Positions 9,739 through 18,123 of a stretch of DNA of 64,000 nt are shown in pieces. The notes below the pieces were generated by a model. That model was not told the origin of the DNA, made no database searches, and worked only from the letters and a program-made list of their open reading frames with translations. This DNA comes from Candidatus Thorarchaeota archaeon. GTDB lineage: Archaea; Asgardarchaeota; Thorarchaeia; Thorarchaeales; Thorarchaeaceae. Each line of letters starts with the position of its first letter. Position 1 is the stretch's first letter. The stretch is from contig RDNZ01000006.1 in NCBI GenBank assembly GCA_011364905.1, positions 34,865 to 98,864 of the forward strand, written 5' to 3'. The position numbers were made by a program, and so were the translations under genes.

Positions 9739-10644
9739 CTAGCTCCCCAGATTTCGTCGTACAATTGAGTTAACAGCTGGCTCGGGTTCTATCCCAGGTC
9801 TGAAGCGCAGTGCGCCAACCAACACATATGTTGCTGCTTTCGAGAGAGTGGAATGTGATATCGATGACTCCTTCATCCTTTTCGTCATTTGTGCCGCAAG
9901 CCTTGAGATTGATATCCCTGCCCGAATGCTAGCGGGGATCTCGATGTCGGTGTTGGCCCTAGTAGATGACACTAGACCATAGACCTTCTCGAGCACAGCA
10001 TCACTTAACTTGTACTCAGGACAGTTCATCTTCACGATTTCTATCTCGGTCTCCTTTCTCGGGTACCCGAGACGTATCCACACTCTAACACGGTCTCTCA
10101 GTGCCTCGCTTAGTCTGTGAGCTCCTGACATCTCCTCCGGGTTCATCGTCAAAACAGGATAGAATCCCTCGTTAGCTCGTATCCGACCCAGCCTCTGCAC
10201 GCTGATGGAACGCTCTTCGAACGGGTCCAGTAAGGAGTTTTGCACAAACTCACTGAGACGATTCCCTTCATTGAGACCAAAGACTCCTCCGAAGACCATG
10301 CTTTTGAGCAGTGGTCCAGGTTCGAACGCCTCCAGCGTGAATCCTTTGTTAAGAACTATACTCGGATTGAACGCACCTACCAGATGTGAGGGTCGCACTC
10401 CTTCGTCCCCAGTGATCCAGTAGAGTTCCCTCTTGCTTCTCTCCGCATAGGCTCGCAAAAGAAGCGTTTTTCCGACGCCTGGAGGTCCTATTATGCCAGG
10501 TATCAGATTCGCGTTCTCACAGTCGGTGAGTACCCCAAACGCATCAGCGTATTGCTCTTTGATGACGATCCGGACCTTCTCCGAAGTGGCGGCCTTCAGT
10601 CGTTCATCAAAAGCCTCCTTGAAAAGAGTGTTCTCGTTCTGCAT
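9739..10644 (-). CDS. MoxR-family AAA+ ATPase (CbbQ/NirQ/GvpN-like)
   Basis: Walker A GPPGVGKT, PGPL, Walker B variant LNEGNR, TMNP, LSEALRDR; start placed at MQNENT. Confidence 0.9.
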   Translation of the reverse strand: MQNENTLFKEAFDERLKAATSEKVRIVIKEQYADAFGVLTDCENANLIPGIIGPPGVGKTLLLRAYAERSKRELYWITGDEGVRPSHLVGAFNPSIVLNKGFTLEAFEPGPLLKSMVFGGVFGLNEGNRLSEFVQNSLLDPFEERSISVQRLGRIRANEGFYPVLTMNPEEMSGAHRLSEALRDRVRVWIRLGYPRKETEIEIVKMNCPEYKLSDAVLEKVYGLVSSTRANTDIEIPASIRAGISISRLAAQMTKRMKESSISHSTLSKAATYVLVGALRFRPGIEPEPAVNSIVRRNLGS

Positions 10645-10830
10645 ACAACGCCCCCATTGTAACTGATAGGGAGTATGGATGTAGGGTATATAACCTGCTC
10701 CATTTTCTACTTTATGGAGAGATGAGTAGACCAAAATTAGCGTGGTACGCTTCATTGTGAAGTCATTGATTCGAATATCTTATTAGAAACAGAGGATAGT
10801 AATGATTAGAGGTTAGCGGGAGTATACGTC

Positions 10831-10986
10831 ATGAGCGAAAGAAAAATCACACAGACAGCACATATTGAATTCACCGCTCCACGAGGATCCCTCTTCAATA
10901 ATTCATTCTGTATATTATGCAGACTAGTTGGAGTGGTGCTTTTCATAATAGGGTGGGTCTATATCACATTGTTCCCAGTCACATGA
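10831..10986 (+). CDS. Small single-TM membrane protein (51 aa), below the ORF-track cutoff
   Basis: MSERKITQTAHIEFTAPRGSLFNNSFCILCRLVGVVLFIIGWVYITLFPVT*; GGGAG upstream; fills the gap between two genes. Confidence 0.55.
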   Translation: MSERKITQTAHIEFTAPRGSLFNNSFCILCRLVGVVLFIIGWVYITLFPVT

Positions 10987-10993
10987 CCCGCTT

Positions 10994-11977
10994 CTACTTC
11001 TTGCCAAGTTCAGAATAAGTGAAGAGAGCTGGTTCTCCGCCAGTATGGTAAAACAGAGTTGGAGAGTCTGAAGCAATGTCGCCGGCAAGAGCCATCCTAA
11101 TGAGAGCAAGTCCCGCTTTTCCCGTATACACTGGATCGAGGAAGACACCATCCATCTTGGCAAACATCTCGATTGCACTTACCACGCCATCCTCAAGGAC
11201 GCCGTACCCTTTGCCAATGAAGCTGTCATCCACATGAATCTTGGGTTCGAATGGCTCAATCTCGGGATAGGTCTCAGTTGTTCGCGTAATGAGATCTTGG
11301 ACTTCATCCTTCATCTCATCAGCAGGTTTACTCACTGAAATGCCAATCACATCTATGCCGAGATTCAGCATATGTTCTCCTAGGATCAATCCTGCCAGAG
11401 TTCCTCCTGTGCCGACCGCAACGAGTATCCGGTCTGGAAAGAAATCATTAGCTTGAAACTGAGTGTTTAGCTCCTCCATTGCCAACGCATAGGGAACGAT
11501 ACCTACCGGCATAGCAGCTCCAGCTGGGATTGCATATGGGGACAGACCGAAGTCAACAAGTGTCTCCATGATGGCATCAAGGCGTTTGCTCAAAGTGAAG
11601 ACCGATTCATCTGGGAAAAACTTAATCTCTGCTCCAAGCATCTTATCAAGCAGGAGGTTACCAGTGTATTCCTCAGGCTCATCGCCCCCGAGGAGAAGGA
11701 TGCACCTCATTCCTGCTACAGCTGCTGCTCCCGCTGTTTGTCGACAATGGTTGCTTTGAATCCCGCCAACAGTCACAAGTGTGTCACATTTGTTTGCCTT
11801 TGCATCTCCCAAGACGAATTCGAGTTTCCGTGTCTTATTCCCTCCAAAGGAGAGTCCCGTTTGGTCATCACGCTTGATCCAAAGCTGATCAATCCCAATC
11901 GATTCTCCAAGATTCCTCAATTGGTGAAGTGGCGTTGGAAGAAATGCGATTCGCTCTCGAGGAAGGCTTTCAAACAT
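10994..11977 (-). CDS. D-cysteine desulfhydrase / ACC deaminase family PLP enzyme
   Basis: PTPL, IKRDD, GGNKTRKLE, QSNHCR, GTGGT, LDPVYTGKA, HTGG; start at MFESLPRE. Confidence 0.92.
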   Translation of the reverse strand: MFESLPRERIAFLPTPLHQLRNLGESIGIDQLWIKRDDQTGLSFGGNKTRKLEFVLGDAKANKCDTLVTVGGIQSNHCRQTAGAAAVAGMRCILLLGGDEPEEYTGNLLLDKMLGAEIKFFPDESVFTLSKRLDAIMETLVDFGLSPYAIPAGAAMPVGIVPYALAMEELNTQFQANDFFPDRILVAVGTGGTLAGLILGEHMLNLGIDVIGISVSKPADEMKDEVQDLITRTTETYPEIEPFEPKIHVDDSFIGKGYGVLEDGVVSAIEMFAKMDGVFLDPVYTGKAGLALIRMALAGDIASDSPTLFYHTGGEPALFTYSELGKK

Positions 11978-11979
11978 CG

Positions 11980-12648
11980 CTACCCGACTGCTCCTGTAAT
12001 ATATGAAACGATAACCATTAGAATCGCAGTCATAATGCCAGCGAATAGGGTCTTGGCTCCATAAGACCAGATGTTCTTCTTTGATACGGAACCTAAGAAA
12101 AGACCAAGCGCAAAAAGCAGGGCAAGACAAATACCAATGGCAAAGTAAAATGCCATTCGATATCCAAGAATTCCACTTGGCACAAAAAAGAGCGGAATGA
12201 TGATGATAAATGCGGCAATTGCGGGAGATGAGCCATCAATGAGGGCAACAACAACCGATGTCGTTTTCGAAGCTTTTGCATACATGGAATCACTCATGTC
12301 GCTCAGCATAGCTTTTCCAATTTCTTCGACCTCACGGTCACGTTCCGCACTCTCAGTTAAATACGATCCACTAAATCCTGAGATGGCCATGGCAATACTC
12401 GTCCCTGCTGCTGCCAGAAGTATTGCATCGAACTGAAGATGTGCCTGATCTGGTATGGCAGGGTTTATTGTTAAGAGGCCACCAAGAATGAGCCCCATCA
12501 TTGTTAGAGCTCCATCAAACGCATTCATTGCAAGGTACCTTCGAGCTATCTCAACACCCTGAGTTAGCTCAAGAGCTCTCATAATTCGCTGAACACGCCC
12601 ACCTTCAAGGGTGGGGTATGTATGGTTGTCTTCGTCAGAATTGGACAC
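11980..12648 (-). CDS. VIT1/CCC1-family membrane transporter
   Basis: RRYLAMNAFDG, AMAISGFSGSYLTE, several TM helices. Confidence 0.8.
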   Translation of the reverse strand: MSNSDEDNHTYPTLEGGRVQRIMRALELTQGVEIARRYLAMNAFDGALTMMGLILGGLLTINPAIPDQAHLQFDAILLAAAGTSIAMAISGFSGSYLTESAERDREVEEIGKAMLSDMSDSMYAKASKTTSVVVALIDGSSPAIAAFIIIIPLFFVPSGILGYRMAFYFAIGICLALLFALGLFLGSVSKKNIWSYGAKTLFAGIMTAILMVIVSYITGAVG

Positions 12649-12724
12649 CGAGTTCGTTGCTCCAGGAGTCAGATGTTTGGACTACTGATTGAGGCGTGTT
12701 ATAAATCAATGCATTTGAGATTTT

Positions 12725-12913
12725 CTATGGAAATAGCCCAAAGAGTGCGAATCCGGGTAACATTAAGGCAAGTACAATCAATAACACGAACAGAAGAATC
12801 ACGGCCAAAAGAATCCACATCCAGCATTCGCAACATCGAGTACAACAACCTTTTTCCTTTGGTGGCGGTGGTTGCTGATAACCATAGTCTCCAGGCATCG
12901 GTATCTCAGTCAT
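12725..12913 (-). CDS. Small tail-anchored Pro/Gln/Tyr-rich, Cys-cluster membrane protein (62 aa)
   Basis: MTEIPMPGDYGYQQPPPPKEKGCCTRCCECWMW followed by a long hydrophobic TM. Confidence 0.7.
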   Translation of the reverse strand: MTEIPMPGDYGYQQPPPPKEKGCCTRCCECWMWILLAVILLFVLLIVLALMLPGFALFGLFP

Positions 12914-13068
12914 ATTAATCACAACGGGGATAGTCAAGTGCTGGCAGACTGGAAATTTCCCCCTATGAATCTTACCTGCTTGTAGCCGTAGAGGTTTTAA
13001 GGGCTCAAACAGAAGGGGTGACGTGAATTGAGCCAGACTCATGGTCGCGCTTATAGGGGTCAGATGTT

Positions 13069-14550
13069 TTGACTGGAGAAAACAGAATCTACACCATTTT
13101 GGACAGGCCTTGGGGACTTCGCATGATTGGTGTTACCCAGATGACTTTTGGAGTATTTGGTCTGTTTGCATCTATTGGAATTTTCCTTGGAACTTTCTTT
13201 GGTGCCTTGGGCTCAATAGGATACGTCTATGGTATGCTCCTTTTTGGAGGGGTAGCATTTCCATGCCTTGTTATTGGTAATTATGTGGATGACTTAAGAA
13301 GAAGAGCGGTAGCTGCGCAAATAGTCTATAGTCTTATTGCTGTAGTCCTAAGTGGCTATTTTCTGTACGTCCAGGGAATTTCCTATTATTGGGGTTTTCC
13401 GATTTTCGGCAATCCTGACTTTGGGATTGCCATAGGTAACATTGCCGCTTTCATAGTTGCATCACAGTCATTAATCATTCTCTATCTACTTGCCCGTTGG
13501 AAGGCAGTAGCGCCTCCGCCTGGAGCATCGGTTGAAAGAGATAAAACACGAGCCAGGTTGCTGAGATCGACTCATGTACCATCACCCCTAGAGCCAGCTC
13601 TTTTGGCACCTGATGGCAGCACATTGTCTCCAGATGAGGAGCAGAAGATCCTCGGCGTGACAAAAGTGGTCACGGAGGAAGGAATGGCTATCCTCTGCTC
13701 TAACTGCAATGGCGCAACTCCTCTCTCAAAGGTTGGAGAGGATAATACACTGCATTGTGATTTTTGTGGAGTTCTCCTTGGCGTGAGTAGTGTATTCGTT
13801 CCCTGTGAGAATCACAAGGAGTATTTGGCTGCGACAACCTGCAATGTGTGCGGGAAACACTTTTGCAGACAGTGCCTAACTGTGCAAGAGCCTCCAGTCG
13901 ATGAAAGATGGGAGGGCTCCGCGGTCTATCTCTGCAAGAAATGCTTTGAAGGTCGTTATCGTCCAGCTGTCACCACTGCATCACTTGTGATACCGATTGA
14001 CCAACTATTCTCAACCGCAGGCAGTAGATTCTCAAGAGTCGGACAGCTGTACCGTAGCTTCTTGGGAGCTTACGCAAGTGGCATGAAGTATCTCTGGAGA
14101 GTCCCCCTCGAACTACTCGCAAGTATTGGGAAGTCGGGTGGCGGAAACAACGATAACTGCGCAGGGGCTTTGATTTTGATGGTCATCGTCATCATCGCGA
14201 TACCTATCCTTGCAGGGATACTGATGATTTTGGGTGCCATTATTATTATCCCGATCCTCTTCTATGCTGGTCTAATTGCGGTGACAGTCGAAGCGGCAAA
14301 GATAGTCAGTGGCACGGACTTTCAGTCTGTTGACAATGCTCGTGTTAGAGCAATTCATGATCACCGTCATCCGAAGGTCACTGAGTCGAAGCTACGACCC
14401 TCTGTACGAGTATGGGAGGATGAATACAGAAGAGCCTCTAGTGAACATCGGCGGCTAATAAGAGGAATCGAGGCTGAAAAACGCGAACATGAGAGAAGAA
14501 GGCGCTCACGGGAGCCATCTGCATCTTTCTGGAGAGATGAGTATGACTGA
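13069..14550 (+). CDS. Multi-TM membrane protein with Zn-ribbon and B-box-type zinc finger
   Basis: 4 N-terminal TMs; CSNC..CDFC; CENH..CNVC..CRQC..CKKC; further TM hairpin; charged tail. Confidence 0.8.
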   Translation: MTGENRIYTILDRPWGLRMIGVTQMTFGVFGLFASIGIFLGTFFGALGSIGYVYGMLLFGGVAFPCLVIGNYVDDLRRRAVAAQIVYSLIAVVLSGYFLYVQGISYYWGFPIFGNPDFGIAIGNIAAFIVASQSLIILYLLARWKAVAPPPGASVERDKTRARLLRSTHVPSPLEPALLAPDGSTLSPDEEQKILGVTKVVTEEGMAILCSNCNGATPLSKVGEDNTLHCDFCGVLLGVSSVFVPCENHKEYLAATTCNVCGKHFCRQCLTVQEPPVDERWEGSAVYLCKKCFEGRYRPAVTTASLVIPIDQLFSTAGSRFSRVGQLYRSFLGAYASGMKYLWRVPLELLASIGKSGGGNNDNCAGALILMVIVIIAIPILAGILMILGAIIIIPILFYAGLIAVTVEAAKIVSGTDFQSVDNARVRAIHDHRHPKVTESKLRPSVRVWEDEYRRASSEHRRLIRGIEAEKREHERRRRSREPSASFWRDEYD

Positions 14551-15406
14551 AGCTGGGCAAGAACAGATTATGTGTCCAGTCTGCGGCGGTCCGGTCATTA
14601 TTGACAATAAAGACAAGGTCAATCGTTGCCAGTACTGTGCAAGCCCTGTCCTTGGTCCCAGTCAGAGTCGAGACTGCGTTAATCATCCAGGAGTATTGGC
14701 AAAAGAGGTCTGTCATGTCTGTGGAGACCTTGTCTGCGAGAAATGCATGCAAAAACGTGTGGGAGAGTACGGCGGTAAGCTCTTGACCATTGTCAACTGC
14801 CAAAAACCGTCCTGCATCGCTGAGAGTGAGTGGGCCAAACCACTCAATGAAGAGTATCAGAAACTTGCCAATATGGATTGGGCGGACAGGATTGACAATA
14901 TCATCCTTCGAATCACAGGCTTCGGTGCGATAGTCATGATGGTCTTTGAGCTGCTGTTCTTTCTAGGGGTCTTGTACTTTCAATACTTCACACCCTGGAG
15001 CATGCCAGAAGTCAGACTTGTTCTCGGCTCATCTTTTGTAGTTGGACCATTCCTCATGATTCCTGTGTCGATTTTGGTGTTCTGTATTTTCGGAAACCTA
15101 CTCGCAGCTATATTACTTCAATCAGCTTTGCAGGTGTATGTCCCTGATCGCCAGCTTGGTGCAGGTGTAACGCTCCTGGTGATTCTCATAATCGAGGTCG
15201 CTCACCTTCTCTTCCGAGGGCTATTCTTTGGTTTATTGACCCTTCCCAATCCCTACTTCTTGCCCCTCATGATTGGCGCATTCCTATTTGGCACCGTTCT
15301 GGTCTTCATAGGTTCACTCATGGCTATCTATGTGGGCAATAAGAAACGAATACAGCTGAAGAAAGCCAGAATCCAGTTGAATCTAACTCTCAAGAAAGGT
15401 ACCTAG
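14543..15406 (+). CDS. Zn-ribbon + B-box-type zinc finger membrane protein
   Basis: CPVC..CQYC; CVNH..CHVC..CEKC..CQKPSC; 4 C-terminal TMs; GGAG upstream of ATG 14543; overlaps the upstream stop. Confidence 0.8.
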   Translation: MTEAGQEQIMCPVCGGPVIIDNKDKVNRCQYCASPVLGPSQSRDCVNHPGVLAKEVCHVCGDLVCEKCMQKRVGEYGGKLLTIVNCQKPSCIAESEWAKPLNEEYQKLANMDWADRIDNIILRITGFGAIVMMVFELLFFLGVLYFQYFTPWSMPEVRLVLGSSFVVGPFLMIPVSILVFCIFGNLLAAILLQSALQVYVPDRQLGAGVTLLVILIIEVAHLLFRGLFFGLLTLPNPYFLPLMIGAFLFGTVLVFIGSLMAIYVGNKKRIQLKKARIQLNLTLKKGT

Positions 15407-15433
15407 TTCCGTCATATGGATACTTGCGTTAAA

Positions 15434-17179
15434 TCACGCTGGCACCTCAAAAAGGTCGATAAGTCTGAACCGATCTACATCTACAAGACCCAAGTCAGTT
15501 ATCTTGAGTTTTGGAATTACGGGTAATGAAAGGAACGCCATTGCCATGAAAGGCTCATCCAGAGGTGTGCCAAGTTTATGCGCTGCAACCTTCAAATCAT
15601 TAATTCTTTCACTCACATGTTCAATTGGTTGATCAGACATCAAACCAGCAATTGGAAGAGGCAAGGATTCAATCACATTCCCGTCTTTCGCAACTGCAAT
15701 CCCTCCTTGCATTCTAACAATTTGAACGGCAGCCTGAATGAGGTCTCTGTCATTTGTTGCTACAGCTACTATGTTATGTGAATCATGAGCAATAGAAGAA
15801 ACCAACGCGCCTTCTTTGATTCCAATTCCTTTTACAAAACCTACAGCTCTTGGTTCAGACGCGTTGTGGCGCTCAATTATCGCAACCTTTGCAATATCTC
15901 GATCAATATCAGGAACAACAAGTCCATCTTTCACCTTTGGTTCTTCGATAAGATGTTCAGTAATGATTTGATTGGGAATCATTCCTATAACGTTCATCCG
16001 ATTACCACGCGCCTTGACTTGGAAGTCTTCAGGTTCGAGGTAATGTATATTCACAGAGCGCCTAAGACGAGGCTGTTTTTCAACTCCGAATTTCTCCGTC
16101 ATCTTTCCATCTTTTGCCACTAGTACACCTTGTTTGAAGACCATTTCCACATGGATCTTTTCAAGAGAATCAAGGACCACAATGTCAGCATGGTAGCCAG
16201 GTGCTACAGCGCCTAGATACTGGAGACCATAGTGTCTGGCAGTAGATAGTGATGCCACCTTTATTGCCAGGATTGGGTCAACACCATAGCCTATAGCCTC
16301 TCGAACCATGAAATCGATGTGCCCTTTTGTTATCAAATCCAGAGTGTTCCTATCGTCTGTGACAAAGGAGCAGAAATCTGCCGTATTCGGCTTGATTAAA
16401 GGAGCCAAGGCTTCCAGATTCTTTGCAGTTGAACCCTCACGAATATGAATGTGCATTCCGCAAGCAAGCTTTCTTCGAGCTTCTTCGATATCCACGCTTT
16501 CGTGATCGGATGTAATTCTGGCGGCTGCATACGCATTCAGGTCAAGACCTTTCAGCTCTGGAGCATGACCATCAATTCTCTTGCCCATACTAAGCGCGAC
16601 TCGTATCTTCTCAAGGATTGATGGGTCTCTGTAGATTACTCCTGGATAATTCATCGCTTCAGCCAACCCAAGCACATAGTGCTCAGTCATGAGCGGTTTG
16701 ATATCCAGGAAGTCAAGGGATACACCATTTGTTTCCAGATCTGTGGAAGGAACGCATGAGGGGAGCATCATATAGAACTCAAGAGCACCTCCACGCATGC
16801 TCTTACTCATATAGAGTATGCCCTCCATGCCTAGCACATTAGCAATCTCATGAGGGTCTGCGATCACAGCTCCGGTGCCATGAGGAACAACTGCACGAGC
16901 ATATTCTATGGGCATTACCATTGAGGACTCTACATGAACGTGGCCATCGATAAATGAGGGAGAAACATACTTCCCCTTCAGATCAATGATTTCGTTACCT
17001 ACATATTCGCCAATTCCAGCTATATAGGCTCCATGAATGGCAATATCACCGGGAGTCACATCGCCGGTGAAGACATTGACAACATTTGCGTTTTTCAGAA
17101 CGAGGTCAGCGCGGGTCCTTCCTGCGGCCACATCAATCATATGATCAAGTGGATAGTCCTCGGAACGTGACAGAAACAT
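15434..17179 (-). CDS. ade: Adenine deaminase
   Basis: IDGHVHVESSM, DPHEIANV, LAEAMNYPGV, IDGHAP, SDHE, REGS, TDD, SIAHDSHN, FLSLPVIP. Confidence 0.95.
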   Translation of the reverse strand: MFLSRSEDYPLDHMIDVAAGRTRADLVLKNANVVNVFTGDVTPGDIAIHGAYIAGIGEYVGNEIIDLKGKYVSPSFIDGHVHVESSMVMPIEYARAVVPHGTGAVIADPHEIANVLGMEGILYMSKSMRGGALEFYMMLPSCVPSTDLETNGVSLDFLDIKPLMTEHYVLGLAEAMNYPGVIYRDPSILEKIRVALSMGKRIDGHAPELKGLDLNAYAAARITSDHESVDIEEARRKLACGMHIHIREGSTAKNLEALAPLIKPNTADFCSFVTDDRNTLDLITKGHIDFMVREAIGYGVDPILAIKVASLSTARHYGLQYLGAVAPGYHADIVVLDSLEKIHVEMVFKQGVLVAKDGKMTEKFGVEKQPRLRRSVNIHYLEPEDFQVKARGNRMNVIGMIPNQIITEHLIEEPKVKDGLVVPDIDRDIAKVAIIERHNASEPRAVGFVKGIGIKEGALVSSIAHDSHNIVAVATNDRDLIQAAVQIVRMQGGIAVAKDGNVIESLPLPIAGLMSDQPIEHVSERINDLKVAAHKLGTPLDEPFMAMAFLSLPVIPKLKITDLGLVDVDRFRLIDLFEVPA

Positions 17180-17246
17180 CTCTTCTCACTCGCAAAGCAC
17201 TGTGCGGCTATCATGAAAAGGGTTTCTCATGACACTACTAGTGAAT

Positions 17247-18005
17247 CTATTTCGTAGCTACAACAACCAATCGTTCAGCTTCGTTGTCGTAGGCGCGTCC
17301 ATCCAATCCGCCATAGATCTTTACATCAGAGAATCCTACGCTCTCAAGCATAGAACGAATCTCGGCTCCTGAGTAAATCCAATGAATCACATCCCATCTA
17401 TGCACCGTACCATCTCTTTCAATGAAAATCCATTTGTTATACATTCGACTCCAGTTATCGATGGCTTCTCTCTCCTCAAGCATGAATCCTTGAGGCCACT
17501 CAGACCAACTATGACGGGTGAAAATCCTCGCTAGAACCTCTTTGCCCATTGATTCAAAAATGAACCTGCCGCCAGCCCTAAGAGAAGTATAGATGTTGCG
17601 AAGAACAAGTATTTGCTCCTCATGGTCCTCAAAATAGCTGAATGATGTGAACATACTAAGTACAAGATCAAAGGAATTCTTTCTGTAAAACGTTCTCATA
17701 TCGTCGAGAACAAACTCAATATTGAGATCTTCATCCGCCGCACTCTTTCTTGCCTTTTCGAGATACTTGATTGTCCTATCTACTCCCACAACCTTGTGAC
17801 CTCTTCTCGCAAACTCCAATGAATGACGGCCAATACCGCAACAAAGATCCAATACGCTCTCATGAGGAGTGACATGACAGAGGGACTTGATTGCGTCTAC
17901 TTCGTTTGTTGTAAAAGCGATTCTTGCTTCTGTGAACATTACAGGCTCCATAATCTCCCACATTTCATCATCCTCAAACCAATTCGTCGAAGTTTTTTCT
18001 GACAT
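17247..18005 (-). CDS. Class I SAM-dependent methyltransferase
   Basis: VLDLCCGIGRH, VGVD, DDMR, FTSFSYF. Confidence 0.9.
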   Translation of the reverse strand: MSEKTSTNWFEDDEMWEIMEPVMFTEARIAFTTNEVDAIKSLCHVTPHESVLDLCCGIGRHSLEFARRGHKVVGVDRTIKYLEKARKSAADEDLNIEFVLDDMRTFYRKNSFDLVLSMFTSFSYFEDHEEQILVLRNIYTSLRAGGRFIFESMGKEVLARIFTRHSWSEWPQGFMLEEREAIDNWSRMYNKWIFIERDGTVHRWDVIHWIYSGAEIRSMLESVGFSDVKIYGGLDGRAYDNEAERLVVVATK

Positions 18006-18069
18006 TGATCAAGCCACCATCTACTAGTACTCAAACTTAGACTGGAAGCCAAAAGAGAAAAGGATTTGG

Positions 18070-18117
18070 AAAAAAAAAGAGAGAAAAACATCGGTCTCAA
18101 AAAACAAGACCGATGTT
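18070..18117 (-). terminator. 11-bp hairpin with long poly-T tail on the minus strand
   Basis: AACATCGGTCT (18087-18097) / AGACCGATGTT (18107-18117) next to an A-run, just after the stop of 18124..20442. Confidence 0.75.
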
Positions 18118-18123
18118 GTATTT

